A stretch of DNA of 64,000 nucleotides from Flaccisagitta enflata (lineage: Eukaryota): assembly GCA_965153355.1 (NCBI GenBank), contig OZ231126.1, positions 16,988,001 to 17,052,000 of the forward strand. Reading direction: 5' to 3'. Below the pieces are notes generated by a model, which worked only from the letters and a program-made list of their open reading frames with translations, was not told where the DNA came from and did no database searches. A program made the translations under genes and the position numbers. Below, in pieces: positions 38,404 to 57,737 of the stretch. Position 1 is the stretch's first letter. Every line of letters starts with the position of its first letter.

Positions 38404-39482
38404 TACCAGTAATGGCGGCTATCGCCGCGAGGAAAAAAAATTGTAAACATTGGTCCCTTTTTCACCAAGTTTTTGTCTTCAGTTACTGCAATTTTTTTTT
38501 GTTAAATCAAATCAAAAGCAATTTTATATACTAATTGCACTGAAAATCAGAGAAAAACAGGACTGAGCCAAATGAGCTAGATGAGCTGAAATACTCAAAA
38601 TCACTCAATCAGACAGCCAGGTTTGCTCAGTGACATGCTTAAATCAAAATATTTATTTACTTATCCTATTCAAAATCAGAAAAAAAGACTGGGCTGGATG
38701 AGCCAAATAAGCAAGAATACTTAAAAATACCTTCACAGATAAGCAGCCCTGCTTACTGACATGCTTTCTTTTATTTGCTTGCTTAAACATGTTTCAAAAT
38801 ATTCATTCATTTATTGCATTTGAAATATAAAAAAAAATTTGAGCAGAATGAGCTTAATGAGCTTAAGTGCTCAAAGACACCCTCACAGATGAGCAACTAT
38901 GCTCATAAAGATGTTTTCTTGTATTTGCATGCTCAAACAAAAATAAATACACTCTTTTATTGATCCTACTTAAGATAAAAGAAAAAAAAATTCAAATTGA
39001 ATTTTTCGTGAATGAATTTCAAAAAAGTCATAACGCAAAATATTTGTTGTTGAGCAGTCTGCTTGGCGCCAAATAAAAGTGAATTATCAAATCCACTTAC
39101 CCTATCAATTTCGTTGGTGGCCTCAATCAACCAGATGAGATACCCAACTTTCTCATAAACAAGGCCAACACCTATAAGTCGCGTGCAAGACTTACAGATA
39201 GACTCAGAATGACTTAAAATGAGTTAGAATAAATCAGTATACTATTAAATGACTTTGAATGACTTAAATGAATAAAATTGATAAAAAAAGTAAAAGTGTG
39301 ACGGACCAACAGACCGACAGACAGACGGACGGACAGACGGACGGACGGACAGACGGATGGATGGACAGACAGATAAAGCGGGGTGTAGAGTCGCGTGCAT
39401 GCGACTAAAAATGAAAACCATGTTTGTCTCAAATATGTCAAAAAGACGAAGACTGACTTGATGACCTCGACTTTTTCCCGAT
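38404..39482. repeat. Interspersed repeat with a second diverged copy at about 59293-60125; this copy is interrupted by a HINE at 39158-39412
   Basis: Colinear similarity from taccagtaatggcggct through gcttggcgccaaat to cgactttttcccgat in both copies. Confidence 0.75.
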
Positions 39483-39521
39483 TAATCTAAAGGGCAGCTT
39501 CGAGCAACTGCGGACCAACTA

Positions 39522-40139
39522 CAGTACCTTCCGAGCAAACCCGGTTTAAACTGGAGGATTAATTTTTGTTACTTTAATTTCATTTCCCAAACTTCATTTT
39601 TTGCATCAAACTTAATTAAAAGATACTTAATTCCTTGAACATATTTGGCTGTCAAAAAAAATAACTTGTGAAATCAAAGTGCATGAAGACATCAATATTG
39701 AGTGTTCTAACCCAGACCATTGGATTTGGCAGAAAATTTTACCTATCCTAGACTACAAGAACAGCTCAGTCAGACAATTATTTCAGATTTTATGGCCATT
39801 TAAAGTTTTTAAGGACAATTGTCCTAAATTATTTTGAGACAATTGTCCTTAAAAACTTTAAATGGCTGTAAAATCTGAAATAATTATCTGACTGAGCTGT
39901 TCTTGTAGTCTAGGATAGGTAAAATTTTCTGCCAAATCCAATGGTCTGGGTTAGAACACTCAATATTGATGTCTTCATGCACTTTGATTTCACGAGTTAT
40001 TTTTTTTGACAGGCAAATATGTTCAAGGAATTAAGTATCTTTTAATTAAGTTATATACAAAAAATGAAGTTTGGGAAATGAAATTAAAGTAATAAAAATT
40101 AATCTTCCAGTTTTAGCCGGGTTTGCTCGGAAGGTACTG
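39522..40139. mobile_element. Near-perfect ~620-bp palindromic Tc1/mariner-type MITE
   Basis: CAGTACCTTCCGAGCAAACCCGG... / ...CCGGGTTTGCTCGGAAGGTACTG. Arms are complementary for about 300 bp, with TA flanks. Confidence 0.85.
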
Positions 40140-42179
40140 TACATGAATTATGTTCATACTCTGCAACCCTATTGTAACAATTACAATTCACGTTCCAGTA
40201 TGCAGATAAAAAACAAGGCCGGATACACAGCCAATACCAGTCGCGGACGGGTGGGCAGGGGCAGAAATGCGTGTTTTCACATTTCCAACTCGATCACCAC
40301 GGACCAACCAACCGACCAACGGACGGACGGACAAAGCCTCTTATAGAGTCGCTAGTCCGCGACTAAAAAAGCCGGTCAAAACGCAATAAGACGATGACGC
40401 AAAGGTGGCCTGGGGTCAGTTATTTCAAGGTGCGCCACAGGCACAGCATCTCTATAAATGGCTGTGTCCGTCGGTTGATCGGTTGGTCGGTTGGTCAGTC
40501 GGTCGGTCGGGTAACGAATTCGTTTGACGATTCACACGGCGCACCAACTTGGCCTACTTAGCCTTGTTTTTCAAAAAGAGGGTTATAGATCGTTCCAAAG
40601 GAATGACATTTAGAACGAAAAGGTAAAAGTCTCTACTTAAAAATCTCAACGAAAACTAGAAAGGAAAATATTGAAATTGACAAGAAAAACTGTTTTAAGT
40701 CGCGGACTCGCAACTGTATAAGATGCTTTGTCCGTCTGTTTTCCGTCTGTCTGTTGGTCCGTCGGGCTATTGGTCCATCGGTCTGTTGGTCTGTCCGTCT
40801 GTAATGATCGAATCAAAATGTTTTAATTGAATACGCATTTAACTGAGATGCTGACATTGTGATTGTGTGGAGTTTGTGTTTACAGAGCGGGGAGGGGGAG
40901 GGGGCGGGGGTCGCATGCCCCTGCCCACCGTCCATGATGGTAATGTAACCCAGGTTGCTTGTTCGACTACAGACAGTTGAATCTCACTCTTCATGCGCTT
41001 TCATCACGTATTCTTTAACAAGTGTTTCGGGGTCACAATATCGTTGCGGAAGGGGGGCAGGGGCGTTCAACCGCCATCCACACACCAACCCTCACTTTTA
41101 CCCCCTCACACAAACATACACAACAGGTCGCCCAAGGGCCAAGGTCAGCGATACCCGTTGCCCTGCTTTGCATGGTTGTGAATTGGAATGAGAGGAAGCA
41201 GGGCGGCGGCCCCGGGGGACTTTTGTTTGTTCGTCCGTCTGTCTGTCCGTTTGTCTGTCTGTCAGTCCCCCCAGACCCTCTCAGGCCTGACATCTGCCCT
41301 CTCAGGCCTGAAATCTACCCTCTCAGGCCTGAAATCTGCCCTCTCAGGCCTTAAATCTGAGAGGACAAATTGGCTTTAAAGACACTTAGTCTATACATTA
41401 TTACATTTTTATCATATTCTGACCTCAAAAGTGATAATAACTATGCAATTCACTTAAGAAAAGCTAGAAAGTCGAGGTTTTTAATGACATTTTGCTTACA
41501 TTTTCAGATGCGTCCATCTGGAACGCATCTCTATAAGAGAGTCTGTCCGTCCGTCAGTCCATCCGTCCATCCGTTGGTTGGTCCGTCTGTCCATTACGCC
41601 CGCGTTTTTTGGATTTTTTTTAAACGATAAGATCCTACGCTGAATTTAAATGATCGACGAACATGTTATGACTCATAACTCATAACTTATGAGTGCCTCC
41701 TTTTCTATTCTGTCGCATACTTCAAATTGATATTAAATGTAAACTATTTGACATAAGTCTATGAAATTTTGATACAAAAAACGTCAATTAATGCTCTTTA
41801 AGGAAAAATTGATTTCAGATCACTCAGTTGACACTTCTCTGAGAAAAAGCTTAAGAGATTTTTTCAAACGAGATTGATGGCTGTGTAATCTCTCAGTTCG
41901 TCCATCTGTCTCTGTATATGTCACATGTTCATCCTCTGAATCACGAAATTCGTGCTTAAGTTCAGATTAGTTACACTGAAGCACACCTTAGTGCTTCAGT
42001 GGAATGAAAAATAGCTAATGCTTTTTGCAATTCGAGCTTCAGTGGTATTAGACATAACTGATTTTGTCACAGTAGAAATTTTGTCAAAGTAATCCTTTTT
42101 TAGTGGCGTGCACGCGACTCTACAACCCGCTCCGTCCGTCTGTCCGTCGGTCCGTCCGTAACACTTTGCTTTTTTGCGT

Positions 42180-43975
42180 TTTTTTTGTCATTTTGGGTCG
42201 TCTGGAGTTATTTTGAGTCATTTTTTTGTTGTTTTCGGTCATTTTTGGTTATTTTGAGTTATTTTGAGTCATTTTTTTGGTTTTTTTTCGGTCATTTTTG
42301 GTCATTTTTGGTCATTTCTGGTCATTTTTGATCATTTACGTCACTTTGTTCATTAAAGTCATTTTAAGTCATTTTGGGACATTTCAGGTCATTTTTGGTC
42401 ATTTAACATGGTTTTTTGGTTTGTTTTGGTCATTTATATTTTTTGGTTTTTGGTTTTCATTTTTTGGTTTTTGGTTTTTGGTTTTTGGTTTTTTGGTTTT
42501 TGGTCCTTTAACATGGTTTTTTGGTATGTTTTGGTTAATTTTGCTTTTGGTGTTTGGTTTTTGGTTTTTGGTTTTTGGTTTTTGGTTTTGGGTTTTGGGT
42601 TTTTGGTTTTCAGTTTTTCTTAGGTTTTTTGGTTTTTTGGTTTTTTGTTTTTTGGTTTTGTTTCCTAGTTTTTTGGTTTTTTGGTTTTTGTTTTTTTTGT
42701 TTTTGGTGTTTGGTTTTTTGGTCATTTATATTTTTTGGTTCTTCGGTTTTTGGTTTTTTGGTTTTTGTTTTTTTGGTTTTTGGTTTTTTGGTCATTTATG
42801 TTTTTTGGTTTTTTGGTTTTTTGGTTTTTTGGTTGTTTGTTTTGTTTTTTTTTGTTTTTGGTTTTTGTTTTTTTGGTTTTTGGTTTTTTGGTCATTTATG
42901 TTTTTTGGTTTTTTGGTTTCTGGTTTTGGGTTTTTTGGTTTTTTGGTTGTTTGTTTTTTTGTTTTTGGTTTTTGGTTTTTGGTTTTTGGTTTTTGGTTTT
43001 GGTTTTTGTTTTTGTTTTTTTGGTTTTGGTTTTGGTTTTGGTTTTGGTTTTGGTTTTGGTTTTTGGTTTTTGGTCATTAACATGGAGGCAGCGGCTCAAA
43101 GGACAAAGTCTGTAGAACACAGGGAATCTGTCCGTCCGTCTGTCTCCGTCCGTCCGTCCGTCCGTCCGTCCGTCCTCCCCGCCCCACTCTCGCTTGTCTC
43201 CTTTGGGGCCCAAATCCAAACTGTATGGCCCAAATCCGAGCAAAATGGTCCAAATCCGCCCAAAATTGGCCAAATTCAGGCAAAATGGCCCAAGACCAGG
43301 TAAAATGGGCCTTATCTGGCAAGAAAACCTGAATTCTGGCCTGAGTTCTATCATCTTGGCCCCTTAAACTTAGATTCTGGCTCCAAAAACCCACATCCAA
43401 GCCTTAAAGACCCAGATCCTGACCTTTGGGACCCAGATTCTGACCTCCAAGACCTAGGTGCTGGCCTAAAAGACCTAAATCCTAGCCTCAGAGGACCAAA
43501 TCCTGACCTCAGAAACTGAAATCCTTGCCTCTGAGACCAAGAAATTGGTCTCTGAGACCCAGATTTTTGTTTTTTGTTTTTTGTTTTTTGTTTTTTTTGT
43601 TTTTTTTGTTTTTTGTTTTTTGTTTTTCTGTTTTTTGTTTTTTTGTTTTTTTGGTCATTTATGTTTTTTGGGTATGTTTTGGTCATTTATGTTTTTTGGT
43701 ATGTTTTGGTCATTTATGTCGTTTCATGTCTGCCTGTTTAAGTCTGCTGGTTTAAGTCTACTGATCTAAGTCTACTGGTTTAAGTCAGCTGGTTAAAGTC
43801 TGCTGGTTTAAGTCTTCTTGTTTAAGTTTGCTGGTTTAAATCTGCTGGTTTAAGTCTGCTGGTTTAAGTCTGCTGGTTTAAGTCTGCTGGTTTAAGTCTG
43901 CTGGTTTAAGTCTGCTGGTTTGAGTCTGCTGGTTTAAGTCTGCTGGTTAAAGTCTGGTTTAAGTCTGGTTTAGTC
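42180..43975. repeat. T/G-rich low-complexity tracts and a 15-bp tandem (gtttaagtctgctgg) inside nested repeats
   Basis: Directly visible; produces spurious Phe-rich ORFs. Confidence 0.85.
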
Positions 43976-45979
43976 ATTTTTCATTGATTGGGTTGATAGA
44001 GTTGATTAATTTGACTGAATTACAAAAGTGAGTGGGTATCCATGGCCTCCAATACCTCATTAAGCTGATTTATTCATCATTTCATTTAAGTCAATCTAGT
44101 CAACTAAATCATTTTATTCATTTCTTATATTTCTCCCTACTCAGTCATGTTGATTAAAAAGATACAATAAGGAGTTAGGTCAATTCAGTTTTTTATGTCT
44201 TGCACGCGACTTATAGGTGTTGGCCTTGTTAATTGAAGAAATCAAGAAATCCACTACTTTCTTTTCAACTCCCTCTAATTCTCTTTTTTTAGTTGCGGAC
44301 ACGCAACTCTATAAGAGGCTTTGTCCGTCCGTCGGTCCGTCGGTCCGTCGGTCGGTCGGTCCGTGGTGATCGAGTTGAAAACGAGCATTTTTGATACTTT
44401 TTGTGTATGTTTGAGTGTTGGAGGTGGGTTGGGGTGTGGATGGGGCTTGGATGCCCCTGCCCACCCGTCCGCAACGATATTGTGACCCCGCGTCACTTGT
44501 TTACTTAATGTTAATATCAATTTAAAGAAAACATGTTTTAACATTTGACATCAACTTAATCTTGAATCCTTTTTAAAAAATTACAAGTGAGAAAACTTAT
44601 TTTCCTTCAGAAAGACAAAAATTTTTATGATAGAAAAAAAATTTACAATGAAAACAAGATTAAAAAAAAAACAAAGTAGAGAATTTAAAAAATGACAATG
44701 TAAAAAAGAAAAAAAAACTTTTTAATTAGTAGAAATTAGATAATCTTTTTATTCCACTGAAATACTTACACTCAATCATTGCAGTATCAAAAGTGGTCAA
44801 AAGTCAATCCACTGAAGCACGAATTCCAATTCCACTGAAGCACAAAGTAGTGCTTCAGTGAAAGAGGCCTTGACTGGCCTTATTTTTATATCAGAGTTCT
44901 TGATTCAGTGGAGAGGCACAGTCCGGACGCATCGTTGCCTGGTCGGGCTTGTTTTGTTTTTTCTTGCTGTCGAAATTCTGAGACTGCAGAGGAATTTTGC
45001 ATTTTTAAAAATGTAGTTTTCTCCATATTCGATATTCGAAGAGAACTATGTTTTTTTCATTTTTTCTGCAATCTTAGAATTTCAACGGACCCCCTGTCAG
45101 TAACCAGAAATGAAATTTTCAGTTCAGCAATTTGCTCATTATTTTCTTTATTGGTTTTAACTATATTGGGTTCTGTTTCATGATTTAATGCAAGTCATGC
45201 AAAAAAAAAAAAATATATGAACTACGATATATTTCAATGATTATTTTAGTTTCATCATTCAGTTTCAATCGTTTTTAATGTTTGACTTTGGCTCTCGTTG
45301 GAACATAAATATTGCCTTCAGTAGAACGCTCTCCTAGGTATATGGCCAGGAGCAGTAATGTTAAAAACATAAAAAAGTAGAAAGTTTCCAACAGACCACT
45401 GTACTGATTGATAGACTGACAAAGCGTATTATATATTCGCGTGCGGGTGCATCCGACTTACAATTAAGAGTATCATCCTCCTTTAGGGCAATTCCGGCGA
45501 CCTCTCCTTTGGCTGATGGAGATCGATCGATTTTATTGATCTATATCTTTTTTTCTTTATTTTTTTTTCATTTCGGCGAAATATTGAAATTCAGACCGCG
45601 TCCTCTTGTTTATTTCATCACGTCAAAAATAGAGAATATTATTCCTTGAAAACCACTTTTATCGATGAAATACGACTTTTTTTCTCTCTCTCTTTTCTCG
45701 GATCAAATCCAACCACACATCGTAATATTCATAGCGTTGGACTTACCCATGAATTTGCTTGCTTGCATGCATGGATATGATTGCCAACGTGGGATTGTGC
45801 CTGTTTCCGAATGCGTTTGTGCTTGCGTGCCAGTGGACACGGCCATTGAAAAAAGTGAGTGCCCAACATTTTCACGATATTTACAAAAAGTAAAAGATTT
45901 GTAGTAAAATGATAAGTATAAGTGTGTCAGAGTTAGAGTTCACTTGATTCAGGAATGACAAGCGAGGTTTCTTTTTTTC

Positions 45980-46755
<776 letters not shown>

Positions 46756-47035
46756 GGATTGGATTTAAGCAGATGGCATTATATGAAAAGTGAAACAATA
46801 TCCCTCACTATACCCAAACTGAAATAAATGGAAGTGGGCCTTGTGAACCCTCACTGACTAGTTAATACGCGCACCACTCCTAGTTTTCCATGAAACAGAA
46901 TCTAGAAAAACATTCCTTCTCGTTCTCAATCTAACCCATGTCTCACCTCGTCATAATGACAGTCAATATAATATTTTTTTTTCGCAACAGGCAAGCGAGA
47001 TACATGTACGCCAAAGGAGATCTATGTCTACTATA

Positions 47036-47633
47036 CTATCTTGCTAAAAAGTATAACCACAAGATGGAATGCAGTCCATTTGTTCATCAATAAACACATT
47101 AGACATTTGTAAAATACAACTAGTATTTTGTGTTACGTCCCTAGGCATTAACCAAGGCTTTTGTGAGCCTCAGTCTGGTTCCATTAGGTGATTGAAGGTA
47201 AGATGGTGTGATGTTCTTCCACACCCTAAGAACGGTTTTCTTTAGGCTGAACATGCACCCCAACTGATGCTTCTTCATCTGACTCTATGACAATTTGATC
47301 AGATTGAGGTCTGGACTATTAATTGGCCTGCGAGACAGCAACATGACACCATCGTAACACCATGGTCTAAACAAAAAGGAACAATTGTCTCTGAAAATGT
47401 CGCATTTGGAACCATGAAATCTCAAAACACAATTTTTTTGCCATTTTCTACTTGAGGTAGCAATTTTGCTTTGCTTGTAATTTCTAAACGATTAATCCTA
47501 AAGCAATGCAGTTTGCGCCATTAGCTCGGAAATTCGATGAAGTTTTCAGACATCACCGATTTTCTTATGTTTGCATCATTCATTAGGTAGTTATGCCCTA
47601 TAACGCTTGTGGTTATACATATTAGAAAGATAG
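47036..47633 (-). mobile_element. Internally deleted Tc1-like element
   Basis: Imperfect TIRs (ctatc..gtataaccacaag / cttgtggttatac..gatag) with TA flanks. Internal minus-strand agtccagacctcaatctgatc encodes SPDLNLI, a relic of the Tc1 SPDLNPIE motif. Confidence 0.6.
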
Positions 47634-47926
47634 TAGAAGGATGCCATATGGTCCATTTAAAAGGAGCTTTCGTGGGTTGCTAGAGAGATTGCCAATGACT
47701 GCTAATGAGCCTCAAGGGAATGCCAGAAAAAATCTGCCTATGACCCGCGAACAACATTGAAATTCCTCCTCGGTTCTTTCGAGAAATTGAATGTGGAAAT
47801 TGAAAAAAATCAAGCAGAACAACACCTGAGTTTTCCAATGACTCTCTCTTTAATCTGAAATTGCGTCTGTGTGTCTGTGTGTCTGTCTGTGTGTCTGTCT
47901 GTGTGTCTGTGTGTCTGTCTGTGTGT

Positions 47927-48012
<86 letters not shown>

Positions 48013-49514
48013 GGGCAGCGGCCCCAGAGGGCCAGATTATCTATGATTCCACTTAATTGTATGAGTTTTATATAGGATGAATTGTTGCACACATCACATA
48101 GGGCAATTATCGCAATTTTTAGAGTCCATTAACCATGTAACGCATTTGCAGTTTGTCCGTCCGTCCGTCTGTCCATCCGTCCATTGGTCTGTCTGTAATG
48201 ATCGAGTTGGAAAGTGTGAAAACGCGCATTTCCGCAATTCCGCCTCTGCCCACCCGTCAGCAACTGGTAATGGCGGTGTATCCGGCCTTGTTTTCCTTTC
48301 GTTTTCCCCATCCTTTGATAGCCGCAAATTCAGTCACTTTTAAGTTGACCCTTCGGTAGGTTGGTCACAAAGTCGCCTTTTGGGTTTTTAATCACACACT
48401 ACATGACTCTACACCCCACCATGTTGGTCTGTCCATCCATCCATTCTGCCCCTTTTTGGGCAGCGGCTCCAAAGGGCTGATGTCCTGTAGGAAACAGGGG
48501 TAAATTTCCAGGCGTCTATTTATCTGTCCCTCTATCCCCTCCCCTTTAGGATGGCCCTGCGAGGTCCAAAATCAGAACACTCAGGCCTGATTTTTGCTGT
48601 CCAAGCTCTCATTTAGCCCTCCCAAACCTAAATTCAAATCCGCTCTCAAGACCTCAAATCTGCCCTCTGTGCCTCAAGCTTACTGTCCAGACCTTAAGTT
48701 TGCTTTTGAAGCCTCAAATCTGCCAGCAAAATCTCATATCAACCTTCAATCTCTAAAATGAATCATCTGAGGCCTAAAATATGCCCCTCAGGACGTCTGG
48801 AAATACACCCCTGAGTTTTATAGGACATCAACCTTTTAGGACCACTGCTTTGCTCTCCATTGACTTTTTTATTTGATCACTTTGAGCAGGGCATCGGGTA
48901 CCGCTGACCATTAGTGATCTTTGGATGGCTTATTACATTTTTGTATTTTTGTGGTATTTGGCCTCCTGCTCCTGTCCAAATGCTCTAATGACCTCAAATA
49001 TGGCCACTGTCTATCCGCACGCAACTGGGGTAGCCATGTATCTGGCCTTGTTCCACTCCTGCACACCCATCCGTGACTAAGGCTACCGCGTTTACTGCCT
49101 AACGGTCCCTCCAAAATAAGTTGTACAGGTCCCTGTGCCAAGTCTTTTTTTGGAACAGGCATTACTGATTGATTTCTTCAGGGCGCAAACTGTATATGCC
49201 TGTTTCAGTATTTACTTTTGTTTCCGCTCCTTGAGCCTGTCGCTGTCATTGACATAAGGTTAGCTACATAACTATATAAACTGCATTGCATAACTACATA
49301 AATCGCATTGTTGTAACACTTTCGACTAAGGGCATGAAATCAAGTAGGTTTTGGTTTCTAAGTTTCATCTTTTTTATATTTCCGCTTCGAAATGAGGATG
49401 ACAACATGAGCATGTTTTTGATATTTTGTTGGTGAATGAGAATAACACGAGATAAAGAAAGGACTAGTTCACGTAAAACTGGGTTTACAATGCTGTTTGC
49501 TCTACTAAGTTGTG

Positions 49515-49647
<133 letters not shown>

Positions 49648-50552
49648 TGAAATAGTTTAATTAAGTCATGCCAGGTTCAAAAAGAGGGAATGTTACATTT
49701 TAGTTTTTACTTTTGGTTCGAGGTTCGGGTCATATAAATTATATCACAATAATTCGACAAGTCTAATGTAGGTCAAGATTCACAGGAAATTTAATCACGA
49801 AAGAACAATTGATAACGAGACAGCAAAACGAAGACTAGAGGGTAATTAAAAAAAATTCAATGGTTGAGGGGGGCATGGGAACGGGTAGGTAACGAAAAAA
49901 AAGAATAAATAAACAGAGAAAGGGAAGAAGAGCTATAACGGAAAGACAGCAAGTTGGTGGAATTACTCTTTGGAAAGAAAATGGACACAACACTAGTATA
50001 AGCATTTCCAAGCATCAATAACGGATTTGATACAAAGATCTGACGTCACTGGGCGTTTTGAGATACATAAGAAGTGATTTTACCATGGATCAATTGGTAA
50101 CTATCAAAAGCAGTTTTAGTAATCTTTACCCACCTCAATCTCAGTTACCACTGTACTCCGGTTGAAAAAAAAAATAGGACTAAGGCTGACTATAAAACGA
50201 AAAAACGGAGAAGAATTGACTCAGAGGTAAAGTAACTTCATTCTAATATGGTAAGGTATGGACGAGGTATTTTTCAAGTCCCGAAGGCGAAGGTACGAAT
50301 TAAATTGTAACGTCATCCCGACTATTTTGTTTAAATTGTTTCACAACTCATTATTTGACAATCTAAAACAACATCAGACATAGCGTTATAGCCTCATAGC
50401 GCCATTTTGGTAACATTTTTTTTTTTTTTAACTGAATCTAAAGTGATTTGGTACCGATTGAACAATACTGAAAAAGAACAAGAAGAAGAAGAAGAAGAAG
50501 GAGAAGAAGAAGAAGAAGAAGAAGAAGAAGAAGAAGAAGAAGAAGAAGAAGA

Positions 50553-50634
<82 letters not shown>

Positions 50635-51385
50635 ATCAGAGAAAAAGGGATTTACATTCGTATTCGTATTCGTTTTTAAAGTTTTATTTCATTCAATTGT
50701 TAAACACTGATTGAGACAGGCGGCAGATGAGCAAAGGGCTGTAAAATGGAGGAGAGATTAGCATCGGCAGAAACGGGTAGTAGAAATCCACTGGGGCTCG
50801 TTCATGTGTCTATCTGTCTGTTTGCCTGTCTGTCTGTCTGTAAGAACGGAGCTCAATTGTAACAATTTTAAGCATGGTCACGTGGACAGTCAGGTTGAGT
50901 GAGCTTAGGCCTTTTATAATTAGGTGGCATAAGTGGTAGCACAACTGTCAATAAATGTCACAATTTTCATCAACTGAATCAAATCATTTTTTGTTATCTC
51001 AGGCAAGTACTCACATAAGGGTCTAAGACTTGGTTGTATGACCTCTAGTTTAGATTAATGGGGGCACTAGAAACTCATGTGTTATGACATTTTTCTCTCT
51101 GCATTTTATGTGACACATTCGGCACCTGACTCTCAGCCGATCCGCCTTATTGTGGAAATCGCCTTTGACAAATGTCGTTTTCGAGAATTGTGTCAAGCCT
51201 GCTTGCATGCTATGGGGTGAACCGGAGCCTGTCCTCGACGGGTCTTGTCATGTTTTGACAAAAAATGACACACAACTCACAGACGCCGTTGTCAAAATGT
51301 CAAATTCAGTTTATTCTCGAAATTTTCCAAAAAGATGGAGATGAAACGGAAAAGCTTGGTATAGACTCTATAGAGCCTAGGATTG

Positions 51386-51452
<67 letters not shown>

Positions 51453-51520
51453 AATTTTTATCACATCAGTATCATCATCATTAGTAGCAGCATCAGCATC
51501 ATCATCATCAGCATCATCAC

Positions 51521-51590
<70 letters not shown>

Positions 51591-51655
51591 GTCATCGTCA
51601 TCATCATCATTCTACATTCGCAATTCACTCTCTCTCTCTCACTCTCACTCTCACT

Positions 51656-51748
<93 letters not shown>

Positions 51749-52343
51749 ACAGACACAGACACACACACACACAAACAGACAAACAATTAAATAAAACAAA
51801 AAACAAACAAACAAACCAAAAAACAAACAAACAAACAAACAAACAAACAAACAAACAAACAAACAAACAAACAAACAAACAAACCGAAAAAAATCACTGA
51901 CATCAAAATTCATCACCACAGATCTGGCCCCCTGAGCCACACATCACCAGTCCCTCACACATTTGCAAGAAATGAAGTTGCATGACCCGACTATACAGAA
52001 AAATCATACACCATCGATTCCAGTCCATACCAACACAAGGAGCTACAAAAGAATCAATCAACCAACTGAAAATCATGATAATCAATGTCATCTTCGGTCT
52101 CTCTATTCGCTCCTCTCCTCTTTCTACGTAGCCTTCGCTATATCTTTAACTTTGTACTCGTCCTTCTTCTTGTCCTTATCTTTTCCTTTGCCTTTGTCTT
52201 GGTCTTTTTCTTTAGCTCTGTCTCTGCATCATGTCGCTTTTGGCTTTATGACTTTATCTTTGCCTTAGTATTCTTCCTAGTCCTTGTCTTCTCCTCTGTC
52301 TTTGTCTTAATCTTTTTCCTTGTCTCTGTTTTTTTTTATTCCT

Positions 52344-57737
<5,394 letters not shown>

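Noticed and set aside
42277-43303. Long Phe-rich 'membrane protein' ORFs
   Set aside because: T/G-rich low-complexity DNA that lacks stop codons by composition.
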